Assembly: GCA_945906765.1 (NCBI GenBank) | Contig: CAMDRF010000002.1 | Span: 2,313 to 66,312 of the forward strand | Origin: Nitrosovibrio sp. Nv4 | GTDB taxonomy: Bacteria; Pseudomonadota; Gammaproteobacteria; Burkholderiales; SG8-39 | Direction of reading: 5' to 3' | Length of the DNA stretch: 64,000 nucleotides | Shown here: piece after piece, positions 9,415 through 18,026 of the stretch | Layout: each line of letters begins with the position of its first letter | How positions within the stretch are numbered: the stretch's first letter is position 1 | Program-made: the position numbers and the translations under genes | Notes under the pieces: model-generated | Databases searched by the model: none | The model's input: only the letters and a program-made list of their open reading frames with translations | What the model was told of the DNA's origin: nothing

Positions 9415-10539
9415 CTAGCGGCCTGGCAGCTCTGCCACTGCCGTTGCGAACGCCGAGCGCTCGCCGTCCTGGTTGACCGCGAGCATCTCGAACTCGGCGT
9501 AATTCTTGCCGTCCTGCTCGAATTTCCCCGTCACGCTGCCGTCGATGTAGAGCGTGTCGCCTTCGGGATTGTGGCGGCGGATCTCGCAATACAGCTTGTG
9601 CAGCATGCCGTCGTCACCGATCCAGTTGGTGATGTAGTGGCTCATCCAGGAGCAGCGCTCCGGTCCGTAGTCGTAGGCGTCCGGGGCGCCGACCTTGAGC
9701 GCCATCTCCTGCTCCCAGTGCACGCGCTCGGGGACATCCGGGATGCCGAAGCGGTTCTTGATCCCGGCCTTGGGATGCTTTTTCATGAGCTGCCACGCGA
9801 GCTTGTGCGCCCGGATGTAGAGACCGCCCCAGCCCTGCGCGTACGCGATGAAGCCGGTGACCGTCATCGGCCCTTTCACCATCCGCGGCAGCTTCGTGCC
9901 TACGGCGACGTCTTCCCAGTACCGCGGGGTCGCGCCGCGGACCTCCTCCTGCTCGTACAGCGCGTAGATCTTGCGCAGCTCCTCGTCCGTGTAGACCTTC
10001 TGTGGCTTGTTCTTGAGGTCCTTGTACTTCGTGCCGGACTCGCGGGCGATGTCGCGGTCGGTGCGGAAGCACCAGGTGTCGGCGGCGGCGAGGAGCTCGC
10101 CGTTGCCGTCGTGGAAATCGACGTGGTAGATCTGCTGGATCGAGCGGCCGGCGAACTTGGTCTCGTGCGCGATCAGATCCTTGAGGTAGGCGCTCGCCTT
10201 GATCGGGGTGTTGCGCAGGATGGGCTTGTGCCACGTGAAGTCGCAGCCCGCGTACATGGCATGCACGCCCGGCAGGCCGCCGACGTAGCCGCTGACGATG
10301 CGGTCGCAGGCCAGCAGGAAGGAAGGCGGCGCGATGACCTCGCCGTACCTGGTTTTCTTGGCATAGCCGGGATCGCACCAGAGCGGGTTGTCGTCGCCGA
10401 TGCCGTGCGCGTAATGCCGGATGTTGTCGCGCGTGGCCTCATAGCACCACGGCTCCACCGTGTCCTCGATCTTGACGCCGATGCGCTGCCGCAGCTCGTC
10501 CAGCGCCTGGTCGGTGATGCCGATAAATTCCCGCTTCAT
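9415..10539 (-). CDS. double hot-dog MaoC-like (R)-specific enoyl-CoA hydratase/dehydratase
   Basis: 374 aa. The N-terminal half resembles the FAS1-like/MaoC_N dehydratase fold and the C-terminal half a MaoC hot-dog. ATGA overlap with the upstream synthetase gene. Confidence 0.7.
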   Translation of the reverse strand: MKREFIGITDQALDELRQRIGVKIEDTVEPWCYEATRDNIRHYAHGIGDDNPLWCDPGYAKKTRYGEVIAPPSFLLACDRIVSGYVGGLPGVHAMYAGCDFTWHKPILRNTPIKASAYLKDLIAHETKFAGRSIQQIYHVDFHDGNGELLAAADTWCFRTDRDIARESGTKYKDLKNKPQKVYTDEELRKIYALYEQEEVRGATPRYWEDVAVGTKLPRMVKGPMTVTGFIAYAQGWGGLYIRAHKLAWQLMKKHPKAGIKNRFGIPDVPERVHWEQEMALKVGAPDAYDYGPERCSWMSHYITNWIGDDGMLHKLYCEIRRHNPEGDTLYIDGSVTGKFEQDGKNYAEFEMLAVNQDGERSAFATAVAELPGR

Positions 10540-12074
10540 GGTTTTCTCCTAAGCTCGCGCAGTGCCTTGCGATTGACCTTGCCCGCGGGCGTCTTCGGCA
10601 GCTCGCCGACCAACTCCACCTGCCGCGGATACTCGTGCTTGCTCAGCCGTTCCTTCATGAACGACTGGATGTCCTCGACCACGTCCGCCCGCGCGTCGCG
10701 CGCGACGATGTAGGCCTTGGCGACCTGCCCGCGCAGCGGATCCGGCACGGCCACCACTGCGGCTTCCAGCACCGCGGGATGCTTCAGCAGGGTGTTCTCG
10801 ATCTCGAGCGCGCTCATCGTCCACCCAGCGGAGATGATCACGTCATCCGACCGTCCCTCGATGTAGAAGTAGCCTTCCTCGTCGGTGTAGCCGCGGTCCT
10901 TCAGCGGGAACCACTTGCTTTTCTTGCGGACCGAGATCTCCCCGGTCTGCAGGGGGGCCAGCTCGTCGCCCGCCGCGTCGAGAATGGCCATTTGCGCGCC
11001 GGGCACCGGTTTGCCGAGCGAGCCCGGCTTGATGCGGTAACCGTCGAGTCCGGGATAGTTCACCATCACCACGCCGACCTCTGTCGTGCCGTACATGCTG
11101 GCCGGGGTGACGCCGAACGCCTGCTCGACCCACGCCATGGTCTCGCTGTCCATCGGCTCGCCGGCATATGAGATTTTATTCAGACCGATCTCGTACTTTT
11201 CCCTTAGCCCCGAATTACGCAGCATCCGGAAAACAGTCGGTGCCGCGGCGACGTTGCTGATCTCGAACTCCTGCAGCGCCTCGAAGATGCGCTGCGCATC
11301 GAACTTGCCCGAGTAACTCGCGGTGCGAATGCCGAGCGCGAGCGGCGAGATCGTGCCGTGCGACAGGCCGTGCCCCCACGCGGGGGACGACGGGCAGAAG
11401 TAGCGGTCGCCGTGCCGCAGGCCCAGCCCGTACAGCGCCGCGACCATCAGCGTGACCACGGCGCGATGCGTGTGCTTCACCGCCTCCGGCAGCTCGCGCG
11501 TCGTGCCGGAGGTGTACTGAAACAGCGCGTAATCCGAGGCGCTGGTGGTGGCAACGTATGCGGATTTTTCCGCAGCAAGCTCGGCCCAGAACGCGTCATC
11601 CGCGCGCACTACCTGCGTGTCCGGGAACTGCGTGCGCATCGGCTCCGGATCGGACTGCGTGAGGATCAGCTTCGGCTTGCAGTCATTGATGCGCAGCGCG
11701 AGCCCCTCGGGACCGAACAGCGTGAACATCGGCACCGCGATGGCGCCGTACTTCATGGCGCCGAACATGCCGACGTAGAAGGCGCGCGAAGGCTCGACGA
11801 TGACGGCGACGCGGTCGCCCTTCGCGATGCCGCGGCGCTCGAGCCAGTGGGCGAAGCGCCCGGTGAGGTCGGCGAGCGTCGCGAAGTCGTAGTGCTCGCT
11901 GCGGCCGTCGGCGAACTTGACGCTGATCGCGGTGCCCTTGCCCCGGTGGCGGTCGATGCACTCGTGGGCGAGGTTCATGCGGGCCTCGTTGCCATCGAAA
12001 AGCGCCCAGAGCTTTTCCCACGAGAAGCCGCGCAGCACCTCGTCGTAGGTGGTGAGGTCGAGAATGCTGTTCAC
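10536..12074 (-). CDS. AMP-dependent acyl-CoA synthetase/ligase
   Basis: The 782-aa ORF is trimmed to GTG 12074 (VNSILDLTTYDEV..), which overlaps the transferase stop as GTGA. Motifs YGTTE, GRSDDVIISAGWTMS and PKTPAGKVNRKAL. The A3 motif is atypical (YTSGTTRELPEAV instead of TSGTTGxPKG). Confidence 0.85.
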   Translation of the reverse strand: MNSILDLTTYDEVLRGFSWEKLWALFDGNEARMNLAHECIDRHRGKGTAISVKFADGRSEHYDFATLADLTGRFAHWLERRGIAKGDRVAVIVEPSRAFYVGMFGAMKYGAIAVPMFTLFGPEGLALRINDCKPKLILTQSDPEPMRTQFPDTQVVRADDAFWAELAAEKSAYVATTSASDYALFQYTSGTTRELPEAVKHTHRAVVTLMVAALYGLGLRHGDRYFCPSSPAWGHGLSHGTISPLALGIRTASYSGKFDAQRIFEALQEFEISNVAAAPTVFRMLRNSGLREKYEIGLNKISYAGEPMDSETMAWVEQAFGVTPASMYGTTEVGVVMVNYPGLDGYRIKPGSLGKPVPGAQMAILDAAGDELAPLQTGEISVRKKSKWFPLKDRGYTDEEGYFYIEGRSDDVIISAGWTMSALEIENTLLKHPAVLEAAVVAVPDPLRGQVAKAYIVARDARADVVEDIQSFMKERLSKHEYPRQVELVGELPKTPAGKVNRKALRELRRKP

Positions 12075-13246
12075 CCGCCAGCGCCTTTTTCTTTCAGCTT
12101 GCAAATCTCCTCTCCGCTGAATCCTGCGGCGAGCAGGATCTCGCTCGTGTCGGCGCCAAGGCGCGGCGGCGCGCGCCGCACGCTGCCCGGGGTGCGGCCG
12201 AGCTTCACGGCGACGCCGAGCCCGCGGTAGCCGTCTTTTTCGACCACCATGTCGCGCGCCACGGTGTGCGGGTGCTGCAGCGCCTGCGGCACCGAGTGAA
12301 CCGGTCCGGCGGGTACGCCAGCCGCCATCAGGTGCTCGCACAGCGGACCCGCATCCTCTTTCGCGAAGACTTTTTCCAGCTCTTGCCGCAGCTGCGCCCG
12401 ATTCTCGAGCCTGGGCCCGTTGCGCGAGAACCGCGGGTCCTCGAGCAGGTCTCCGCGGCCGATGAACCGGCACAGCTTGGCGAACTGCCCGTCGTTCACC
12501 ACCCCGAGGAACATCTCGCCGCTGCCGGTGCTGAACTTCTCGTACGGGCTGATGCTGGGATGCGCGCTCCCCGTGAGCTTCGGCGTGACGCCCGAGGCGA
12601 ACCAGTTGGCCGCGTGCGGATGCAGCAGGGCCATGGCGGTGTCGTAGAGGCTGCAATCGACCAGCTGGCCGCGCCCGGAGCGCTCGCGCTCCGACAGGGC
12701 GAGCAGAATGCCGAACGCGGCGGACAATCCGGTCGCGAGATCGATGATCGGCACGCCGACCCGCGTCGGACCGGTGCTGTCGTCCCCGTTCACGCTCATC
12801 AGGCCGCACATCGCCTGCAGCACGGCGTCGTAGCCCGGCAGGTTGCCGAGCGGACCGGTGGCGCCGAATCCGCTGATGCGGCAATACACCAGCCGCGGCA
12901 AGCGCGGCGCGAGAACCGCGTCATAGCCAAGCCCCCACTTTTCCATCGTCCCGGGCAGGAAGTTCTCGATCAAGACGTCCGCGTCCTGCAGCAGCCGCAA
13001 AAGCGCGTCACGCGCTTCGGGCCGGCCCAGGTCGAGCGAGAGACTAAGCTTGTTCCGGTTCAGGCCGGTGAAGTACGCGGCGGTGCCGTCGACGAACGGC
13101 GGGCCGAGCTTCCTCGTTTCGTCTCCCTGCGGAGACTCGACCTTGATCACCAGGGCACCGTGGTCCGCCAGCATCTGGGTGCAGAAGGGCCCGGCCACGA
13201 CACGCGTCAGGTCGACAACGCGTTTGCCTTCCAGTGCTCCGCTCAT
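12071..13246 (-). CDS. family III (CaiB/BaiF) CoA-transferase
   Basis: ORF 12071..13372 trimmed to ATG 13246 (MSGALEGKRVVDLTRVVAGPFCTQMLADHGA..), 391 aa. The catalytic-Asp region is LPGYDAVLQAMCGLMS. Confidence 0.85.
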   Translation of the reverse strand: MSGALEGKRVVDLTRVVAGPFCTQMLADHGALVIKVESPQGDETRKLGPPFVDGTAAYFTGLNRNKLSLSLDLGRPEARDALLRLLQDADVLIENFLPGTMEKWGLGYDAVLAPRLPRLVYCRISGFGATGPLGNLPGYDAVLQAMCGLMSVNGDDSTGPTRVGVPIIDLATGLSAAFGILLALSERERSGRGQLVDCSLYDTAMALLHPHAANWFASGVTPKLTGSAHPSISPYEKFSTGSGEMFLGVVNDGQFAKLCRFIGRGDLLEDPRFSRNGPRLENRAQLRQELEKVFAKEDAGPLCEHLMAAGVPAGPVHSVPQALQHPHTVARDMVVEKDGYRGLGVAVKLGRTPGSVRRAPPRLGADTSEILLAAGFSGEEICKLKEKGAGG

Positions 13247-13384
13247 CAACGGATTTTCTTGGAGCAGCCAGCTGAAGAGGCGATGAGCAGCGAGCGCGAT
13301 TTTAAAATGTAAAACATACGAGGGACGCAGAGCATCGTCGACATTGTGGGTTCCAACTGCGGAATTGTCCACATGGACACACCG

Positions 13385-13617
13385 GAGGCGATTACCGAGA
13401 AGTGCTCAGACGACATCAATCCTTTTTTTCGCGCCTGCTCGATGACCCGCGAGAACAGCTCTCGGATCACGTCATGCTCCAGCAGCCGCTCCGGCGGGAT
13501 CGAATCGCGACCGCTCGCCGCGTGCATCTGCTCAAACGTCTGGTCCATTTCGCGCAGATGGTAGAGCGGATCGTGAAGCGCTTCGCGCCGGAGAGAGTCA
13601 TTCTCTTCGGGTCGCAT
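13385..13617 (-). mobile_element. transposase fragment (DUF772-type N-terminal region of IS5/IS1182-family transposases), internally deleted
   Basis: ..SGRDSIPPERLL directly joined to VIRELFSRVIEQARKKGLMSSEHFSV. In intact transposases of this type (recalled ..GRPSIPPE.LL.. and ..QAR..GLLSDEHF.VDGT) these blocks lie about 100 aa apart. No DDE domain follows. Confidence 0.5.
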
Positions 13618-13790
13618 GCCACGCGAAAAGCGGGGTCCGACAGCGACAGCGACAGCGATCTGCTCGTTGTCATGCCTCTGAAGCGCACGAAGGCGGCGCT
13701 CGAAGGACGCGTGCTGTATGCGAAATGCTGAGGGCGCTCTCGCCGTCTTGCGGGAGTGGATTGCCAGGGCGGAGAACGACCCGCTTAGTG
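13540..13790 (+). pseudogene. MNT nucleotidyltransferase antitoxin fragment plus about 25-codon stub of its HEPN partner
   Basis: ..VERIVKRFAPERVILFGSHATRKAGSDSDSDSDLLVVMP matches the minimal nucleotidyltransferase core (GS..(D)xD). The overlapping ATG at 13718 opens MRNAEGALAVLREWIARAENDP, which is HEPN N-terminus-like. The similarity is then lost. Confidence 0.5.
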
Positions 13791-14035
13791 ACCATTTCAG
13801 GCCACGTGCCTGTCCAATTCTGTTGCTTTACGAATCTCTCCGGGAGTCCGAACCGAAAATCGAATCCGCCGATCCAACTATCGTCCGCACCGAGCCATAG
13901 TTCGTAGGCAGGCCAGTCCGAGAACTCCAAAATCGTCGTCACCATCGGTTCTCGATTCAACGTACAGACCGCAACAGTGATTTTTTTGTCGCGTTTTGGC
14001 GCAGATGTGAAATCGACCCCGACAATTTTCGTCAT
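13670..14035 (-). pseudogene. DUF429 protein, N-terminal fragment
   Basis: MTKIVGVDFTSAPKRDKKITVAVC...DSWIGGFDFRFGLPERFV fits the DUF429 N-terminus. Only the first 80 or so codons (about 14035 to 13790) look genuine. The rest of the ORF is antisense to the HEPN/MNT fragments. Confidence 0.6.
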
Positions 14036-14093
14036 GGCCGCTTAAGCGTGACCCAGAGGATCGCGTCGAAAATGCCGCGCGGCGCCGCGGCGA

Positions 14094-14579
14094 TCAGGAT
14101 TTCGAACAGGCGGCGAGCTCGGCGGCGGATAGGTTCCGGATGCGGCCGAAACCGGCGACGAAGCGCGCGTCGCGCGGCACGATGCGCCAGAAGGAAAAAT
14201 CCGCGAGCTCGAAATTGATGGCTTGTGCCGGGAAGCGAAGCAGCCATAGACGCTTGAGGTCCGGTTGCTCTCCCTCGAGCTGTTGCGCATTGCCGCGAAT
14301 TGAAATTCTCTTGAAGGTAAAAGGATCGGCGCGGCCGTCATCCGTCTCGGCGATCGAGAGCGCGATGCGCGGGTCCTGCGCCATGTCCTGGGTATGCCAG
14401 GCGAGGCGGCTGACGTGGACATGGAATGCAGTGAATCCTTCATCGGGCAGATAGAGGGTCATCGAAGCCATCGGCGCGTCCTGGCGCAGCGTCGCCAGAT
14501 GCGCGATGCGCTCGCCGCGCAGCAGGCGGGCGAGGGCCGCCGCGTCGTCCCCCGGAAGGTTCTTGTCCATGCATGCCAT
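14094..14579 (-). CDS. pyridoxamine 5'-phosphate oxidase-like FMN-binding split-barrel protein
   Basis: The 426-aa ORF is trimmed to ATG 14579 (MACMDKNLPGDDAAALARLLRGERIAHLATL..), 161 aa. General PNPOx/HugZ-like pattern. Confidence 0.6.
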   Translation of the reverse strand: MACMDKNLPGDDAAALARLLRGERIAHLATLRQDAPMASMTLYLPDEGFTAFHVHVSRLAWHTQDMAQDPRIALSIAETDDGRADPFTFKRISIRGNAQQLEGEQPDLKRLWLLRFPAQAINFELADFSFWRIVPRDARFVAGFGRIRNLSAAELAACSKS

Positions 14580-14603
14580 TCTAGTATCGAGTATCCTCGA
14601 CGC

Positions 14604-15845
14604 GTGCGTTACGAGCTCCTCGTCGGCCTGCGCTACACCCGCGCCAAGCGCCGCAACCACTTCATCAGTTTCATTTCGGCGATCTCGATGGCGGGCATCG
14701 CGCTGGGGGTCGCCGCGCTGATCGTGGTGCTCTCGGTGATGAACGGCTTCCAGAAGGAACTGCGCGCCCGCATCCTCGGCGTCGCCTCGCACGTGCAGAT
14801 CAGCGGCCCGGACAACCAGCTCGCCGACTGGCAGTCGGTGGCGAAAATCGTCATGCAGGACCCGCGCGTCAAGGGCGCGGCGCCGTTCGTCAATGCGCAG
14901 GGGATGCTCGCGGCGGGCCAGGCGGTGCGCGGCAGCGTGGTGCGCGGCATCATTCCGCAGCGCGAGGCGCAGGTGGCGGAGATCGGCCTGCACATGCGCG
15001 CAGGCTCGCTCGAGGCGCTCAAGGCCGGCGAGTTCGGCATCGTGCTTGGCTCGGAGCTGGCGCGCGCGCTTGGCGCGCTGAGCGGAGACAAAGTGGCGTT
15101 GATCGCGCCGCAGGGACTGGTGACGCCGGCCGGCGTGATCCCGCGCCTGAAGCAGTTCACCGTGGTCGGCCTGTTCGAGGTCGGCATGTTCGAATACGAC
15201 TCCGGCCTCGCGCTGGTGCACCTGGAAGACGCGCAGAAGCTCTACCAGATGGGCGACGCGGTGTCGGGGGTGCGCTTGAGGCTGGACGATCTGTTCGCCT
15301 CGCGCTCGGTGGCGCGTGACCTGATAGCGAAGCTGGATCCTTCCTATTTCGCCACCGACTGGACGCGCAGCCACGCCAATTTTTTCCGCGCGGTGGAGAT
15401 CGAGAAGCGCGTGATGTTCATCATCCTGCTGCTGATCGTCGCGGTGGCGGCGTTCAACATCGTCTCCACGCTGGTGATGCTGGTGACCGACAAGCAGGCC
15501 GACATCGCGATCCTGCGCACGCTGGGGGCCTCGCCGGGTTCGATCGTGCAGATCTTCATGGTGCAGGGCGCGCTGATCGGCGTCATCGGCACCTTCGCGG
15601 GCCTGGTGCTCGGCGTGCTGGTCGGCTTCAACGTCGATACCGTGGTGCCCTTCGTCGAGAACCTGCTCGGCTTCAAGTTCCTCGCCAAGGACATCTACTA
15701 CATCTCCGACCTGCCCTCGGACGTGCAGCTGGGCGATGTGACGACCATCGGCATCGTCTCGCTGGTGCTGTCCTTCATCGCCACTTTGTACCCGAGCTGG
15801 CGCGCTTCCCGCACCAACCCGGCGGAGGCGCTCAGATATGAGTGA
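14604..15845 (+). CDS. lolC: lipoprotein-releasing ABC transporter permease LolC/LolE
   Basis: GTG 14604 ([25 protein letters not shown]..), 413 aa. MacB-like FtsX topology, followed by lolD with an 8-nt overlap. Confidence 0.9.
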   Translation: MRYELLVGLRYTRAKRRNHFISFISAISMAGIALGVAALIVVLSVMNGFQKELRARILGVASHVQISGPDNQLADWQSVAKIVMQDPRVKGAAPFVNAQGMLAAGQAVRGSVVRGIIPQREAQVAEIGLHMRAGSLEALKAGEFGIVLGSELARALGALSGDKVALIAPQGLVTPAGVIPRLKQFTVVGLFEVGMFEYDSGLALVHLEDAQKLYQMGDAVSGVRLRLDDLFASRSVARDLIAKLDPSYFATDWTRSHANFFRAVEIEKRVMFIILLLIVAVAAFNIVSTLVMLVTDKQADIAILRTLGASPGSIVQIFMVQGALIGVIGTFAGLVLGVLVGFNVDTVVPFVENLLGFKFLAKDIYYISDLPSDVQLGDVTTIGIVSLVLSFIATLYPSWRASRTNPAEALRYE

Positions 15846-16515
15846 CGTGGTGTTGTCCTGCCGTGGATTGAAGAAGACCTACCAGGGCCCGGCGCCCGTG
15901 CACGTCCTGCTGAACGTTGACCTGGAAGTGCGCGCGGGCGAGCGCGTCGCGATCATGGGCCGCTCGGGCTCCGGAAAGTCGACGCTGCTGCATCTGTTGG
16001 GTGGATTGGATTTTGCGACGGAAGGGGTTGTCGTGGTGCAGGGCAGGGCCTTGAACGAAATGTCCGAAAAAGAAAGAGGTAACACCAGAAACCGGACCCT
16101 CGGGTTCGTCTACCAGTTTCATCACCTGCTGCCCGAATTCACCGCGGAGGAGAACGTCGCCATGCCGCTCTGGATCCGGCGCATGGACCGCGGCACGGCG
16201 CTCGCCAAAGCCAGAGCCGCCCTGAAAGAAGTGGGTTTGGCGGCGCGCGCCGCGCACCTGCCGGGAGAACTCTCGGGCGGCGAGCGCCAGCGCTGCGCCT
16301 TCGCGCGCGCCATGGTCACCGCGCCCGCCTGCGTGCTGGCTGACGAACCCACCGGCAACCTCGATACGCAGACCGCGGACGAAGTGTTCGAAGCGATGGT
16401 GCGCCTTTCCAACGCGCACGGCACCGCCTTCGTGCTGGTGACCCATGATGCCGCCCTGGCCGCGCGCACCGAGCGCGTGCTCGAATTGAAGGACGGCGCC
16501 CTGCATCCGGCCTGA
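15838..16515 (+). CDS. lolD: lipoprotein-releasing ABC transporter ATP-binding protein LolD
   Basis: 225 aa. Walker [10 protein letters not shown], the LolD signature region [26 protein letters not shown], and Walker [11 protein letters not shown]. Confidence 0.92.
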   Translation: MSDVVLSCRGLKKTYQGPAPVHVLLNVDLEVRAGERVAIMGRSGSGKSTLLHLLGGLDFATEGVVVVQGRALNEMSEKERGNTRNRTLGFVYQFHHLLPEFTAEENVAMPLWIRRMDRGTALAKARAALKEVGLAARAAHLPGELSGGERQRCAFARAMVTAPACVLADEPTGNLDTQTADEVFEAMVRLSNAHGTAFVLVTHDAALAARTERVLELKDGALHPA

Positions 16516-16593
16516 TGCTGGTGCGGCGACTGTAGTTCGGGTTCGCCGCGTACTACGATGGTTTTTGCAGGCATGGCGAACTGTGGAGGCATC

Positions 16594-16918
16594 ATGGATG
16601 CGATTTCGGTGGAACAGCTCATCAAGGAGTCCGGGCAAGCTGATCGAGGGCGCCGAAAACGGCCAGCTTGCGGTGGTCACCAAGGCGGGCCGCCCGCTGT
16701 TTCTCGCCGTGCCTTACGACGAGCGCCTGGCGGAGGAGGATGTGCACGTCGCCGTCGCGGTGCGTCTGTACGAGAGCGACGCCGTGAGCCTCGGCAAGGG
16801 CGCGAGAATCGCGGGGCTTTCGACGAGCGAATTCATCGACTGGCTCGGCGCGCTGCAGATTCCCGTCATTCGCTATTCCGCCGAGGAGCTCGAGCGGGAA
16901 CTCGCCGCGTTTGGCTGA
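16594..16918 (+). pseudogene. Phd/YefM-like plus UPF0175-like fused antitoxin, frameshifted near 16633
   Basis: ATG 16594 gives MDAISVEQLIKESG, then the frame must shift to continue KLIEGAENGQLAVVTKAGRPLFLAVPYDE (Phd pattern). Next comes ..LYESDAVSLGKGARIAGLSTSEFIDWLGALQIPV (UPF0175 pattern). The span is 325 nt, which is not a multiple of 3. An in-frame ATG at 16598 could still express an N-terminally scrambled product. Confidence 0.6.
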
Positions 16919-16955
16919 GATCGTCGTCGCGGACGCGGGGCCGCTGATTGCGTTC
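16911..16955 (+). pseudogene. 15-codon stub of a DUF3368-type PIN toxin
   Basis: TTG 16911 overlaps the antitoxin stop and encodes MAEIVVADAGPLIAF, the typical PIN/DUF3368 N-terminus. Similarity ends exactly where the CRISPR-like repeat begins. Confidence 0.5.
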
Positions 16956-16984
16956 GTGTTCCCCGCGTGCGCGGGGATGAACCA
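16956..16984 (+). repeat. solitary type I-E-like CRISPR repeat (no array)
   Basis: GTGTTCCCCGCGTGCGCGGGGATGAACCA is 29 nt. It has the same architecture as the recalled E. coli I-E repeat GAGTTCCCCGCGCCAGCGGGGATAAACCG: a CCCCGC/GCGGGG stem, a 4-nt loop and an AT(G/A)AACC tail. I saw no second copy in the window. Confidence 0.6.
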
Positions 16985-17123
16985 TCGGCCTGAACGGCGC
17001 GATCCTGGGCTACGTGATCTCGATCGAGCGGCGCCTGACGCGCCTTGAGACTTTCCAGGAGGTCCGGCGCGCGCCGCGCCAGGCGGCGGTACAATGATTC
17101 CCTTCGATCCGGTAGGGGGTTCG

Positions 17124-17282
17124 ATGAGCAAAGCACCGAAGCAAAAAGCGAGCGCGCGCCGCGGCGGCCGCGTGCACTACGTGACGATCCGCGGCAAGAA
17201 AATCAAGACCACGGCACGAGGGGCGCGTATGTTTCGCGCTGTCACGCGGGCGCTGAAGGGCGTAGACGTACCGCCGCCTTGA
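17124..17282 (+). CDS. small basic protein in the antitoxin position upstream of vapC (unclassified)
   Basis: ATG 17124 (MSKAPKQKASARRGGRVHYVTIRGKK..), 52 aa. Its stop overlaps the vapC TTG start as TTGA. No recognisable antitoxin fold. Confidence 0.4.
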   Translation: MSKAPKQKASARRGGRVHYVTIRGKKIKTTARGARMFRAVTRALKGVDVPPP

Positions 17283-17684
17283 TCTACCTCGTTGATGCAA
17301 ACGTCCTGGTGCACCTGGCCAACCGGGTGTCCGGGTCCGAGCGCATACTCGCCCGGTATGACGCGCAGCCGCGCGGCCGGGTGCGGCTTTCCGCCGCGAC
17401 GGCGCACGAGCTGCGCTTCATGATCCTGATGGCGAAGGCCTCCGCGAAGCACGTCGCGAGCCTCGACTCGATCGCGCGCGCGTATCCGGTCGAGCCCTTC
17501 GAGCTGGCCGCGGCCGCACGCCGCGGCCGACGTGCGGTATCAGCTCGAAATCGCCGGCAAACGGCTGGGCATCTTCGACATGCTGCTCGCGGGTCATGCG
17601 CGGTGCTTGGGCGCCACGGTGGTCAGCGATGATGCGGACTTTGACCGGGTGCCCGGCCTGAAAACCGAAAACTGGCTGCGCTGA
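17279..17684 (+). pseudogene. vapC: PIN-domain toxin VapC, frameshifted near 17520
   Basis: LIYLVDANVLVHL...SAATAHELRF...VEPFELAAAA is in one frame and ..ADVRYQLEIAGKRLGIFDMLLAGHARCLGATVVSDDADFDRVPGLKTENWLR* in another. The span is 406 nt (3n+1). All four PIN acidic positions are recognisable. Confidence 0.75.
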
Positions 17685-17712
17685 GCGCGGCCGCGGGGCA
17701 CGAACTCAGCGT

Positions 17713-17907
17713 TCACCGCTTGCCGTGGTTTGCGATCAGTGCGCGAATCTTCGCGAAGACTTCCTCGGCCGGGATGCCTTTGGTGTTTCCAGCCTCGAAG
17801 TCGGTGATGCGCCGGGAAATTTCCTCATCCCACGCCCGCGCGATTTCCTCCGGCGCGCCCTCCGGTTCGCCGTCGATGCTCTCGATCACCGTGCCAGCCA
17901 ACTGCAA
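17713..17907 (-). CDS. Unstab_antitox (TIGR02574-like) addiction-module antitoxin, N-terminally shortened, no toxin partner
   Basis: ..PEEIARAWDEEISRRITDFEAGNTKGIPAEEVFAKIRAL aligns with the C-terminal two thirds of the neighbouring paralog at 18027..18251. The N-terminal helix is missing and no toxin gene lies downstream. Confidence 0.55.
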   Translation of the reverse strand: MQLAGTVIESIDGEPEGAPEEIARAWDEEISRRITDFEAGNTKGIPAEEVFAKIRALIANHGKR

Positions 17908-17911
17908 TGTC

Positions 17912-18026
17912 GCTTCGCCCAGTAATCCGGTCGCCGGCTAGGGTGAGCGAGCGCAAGAACGTCAAGTACATCGCCGCGGACGCGATAAATCGGCGTGTAC
18001 GGAAATCGCTTGAATACGAAACCGCT
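17912..18026 (-). pseudogene. C-terminal fragment of a RelE/ParE-family toxin
   Basis: Directly after the antitoxin stop the same frame reads SGFVFKRFPYTPIYRVRGDVLDVLALAHPSRRPDYWAKR, the conserved RelE/ParE C-terminus. The N-terminal half is missing. Confidence 0.6.

Noticed and set aside
10536-12884. 782-aa ORF suggesting a fused CoA-transferase/acyl-CoA synthetase protein
   Set aside because: The N-terminal 270 residues are an out-of-frame read-through of the CoA-transferase gene (Arg-rich junk). A GTG at 12074 overlapping the transferase stop gives a normal-length synthetase.
13639-13658. (GACAGC)3 microsatellite
   Set aside because: It is simply the Ser-Asp repeat within the decayed MNT fragment. 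It is too short to be a distinct repeat element.
16985-17093. Sequence following the solitary repeat, examined as a possible spacer plus degenerate second repeat or cas remnant
   Set aside because: No repeat-like sequence occurs 32-33 nt downstream, and no Cas-like reading frame is recognisable.
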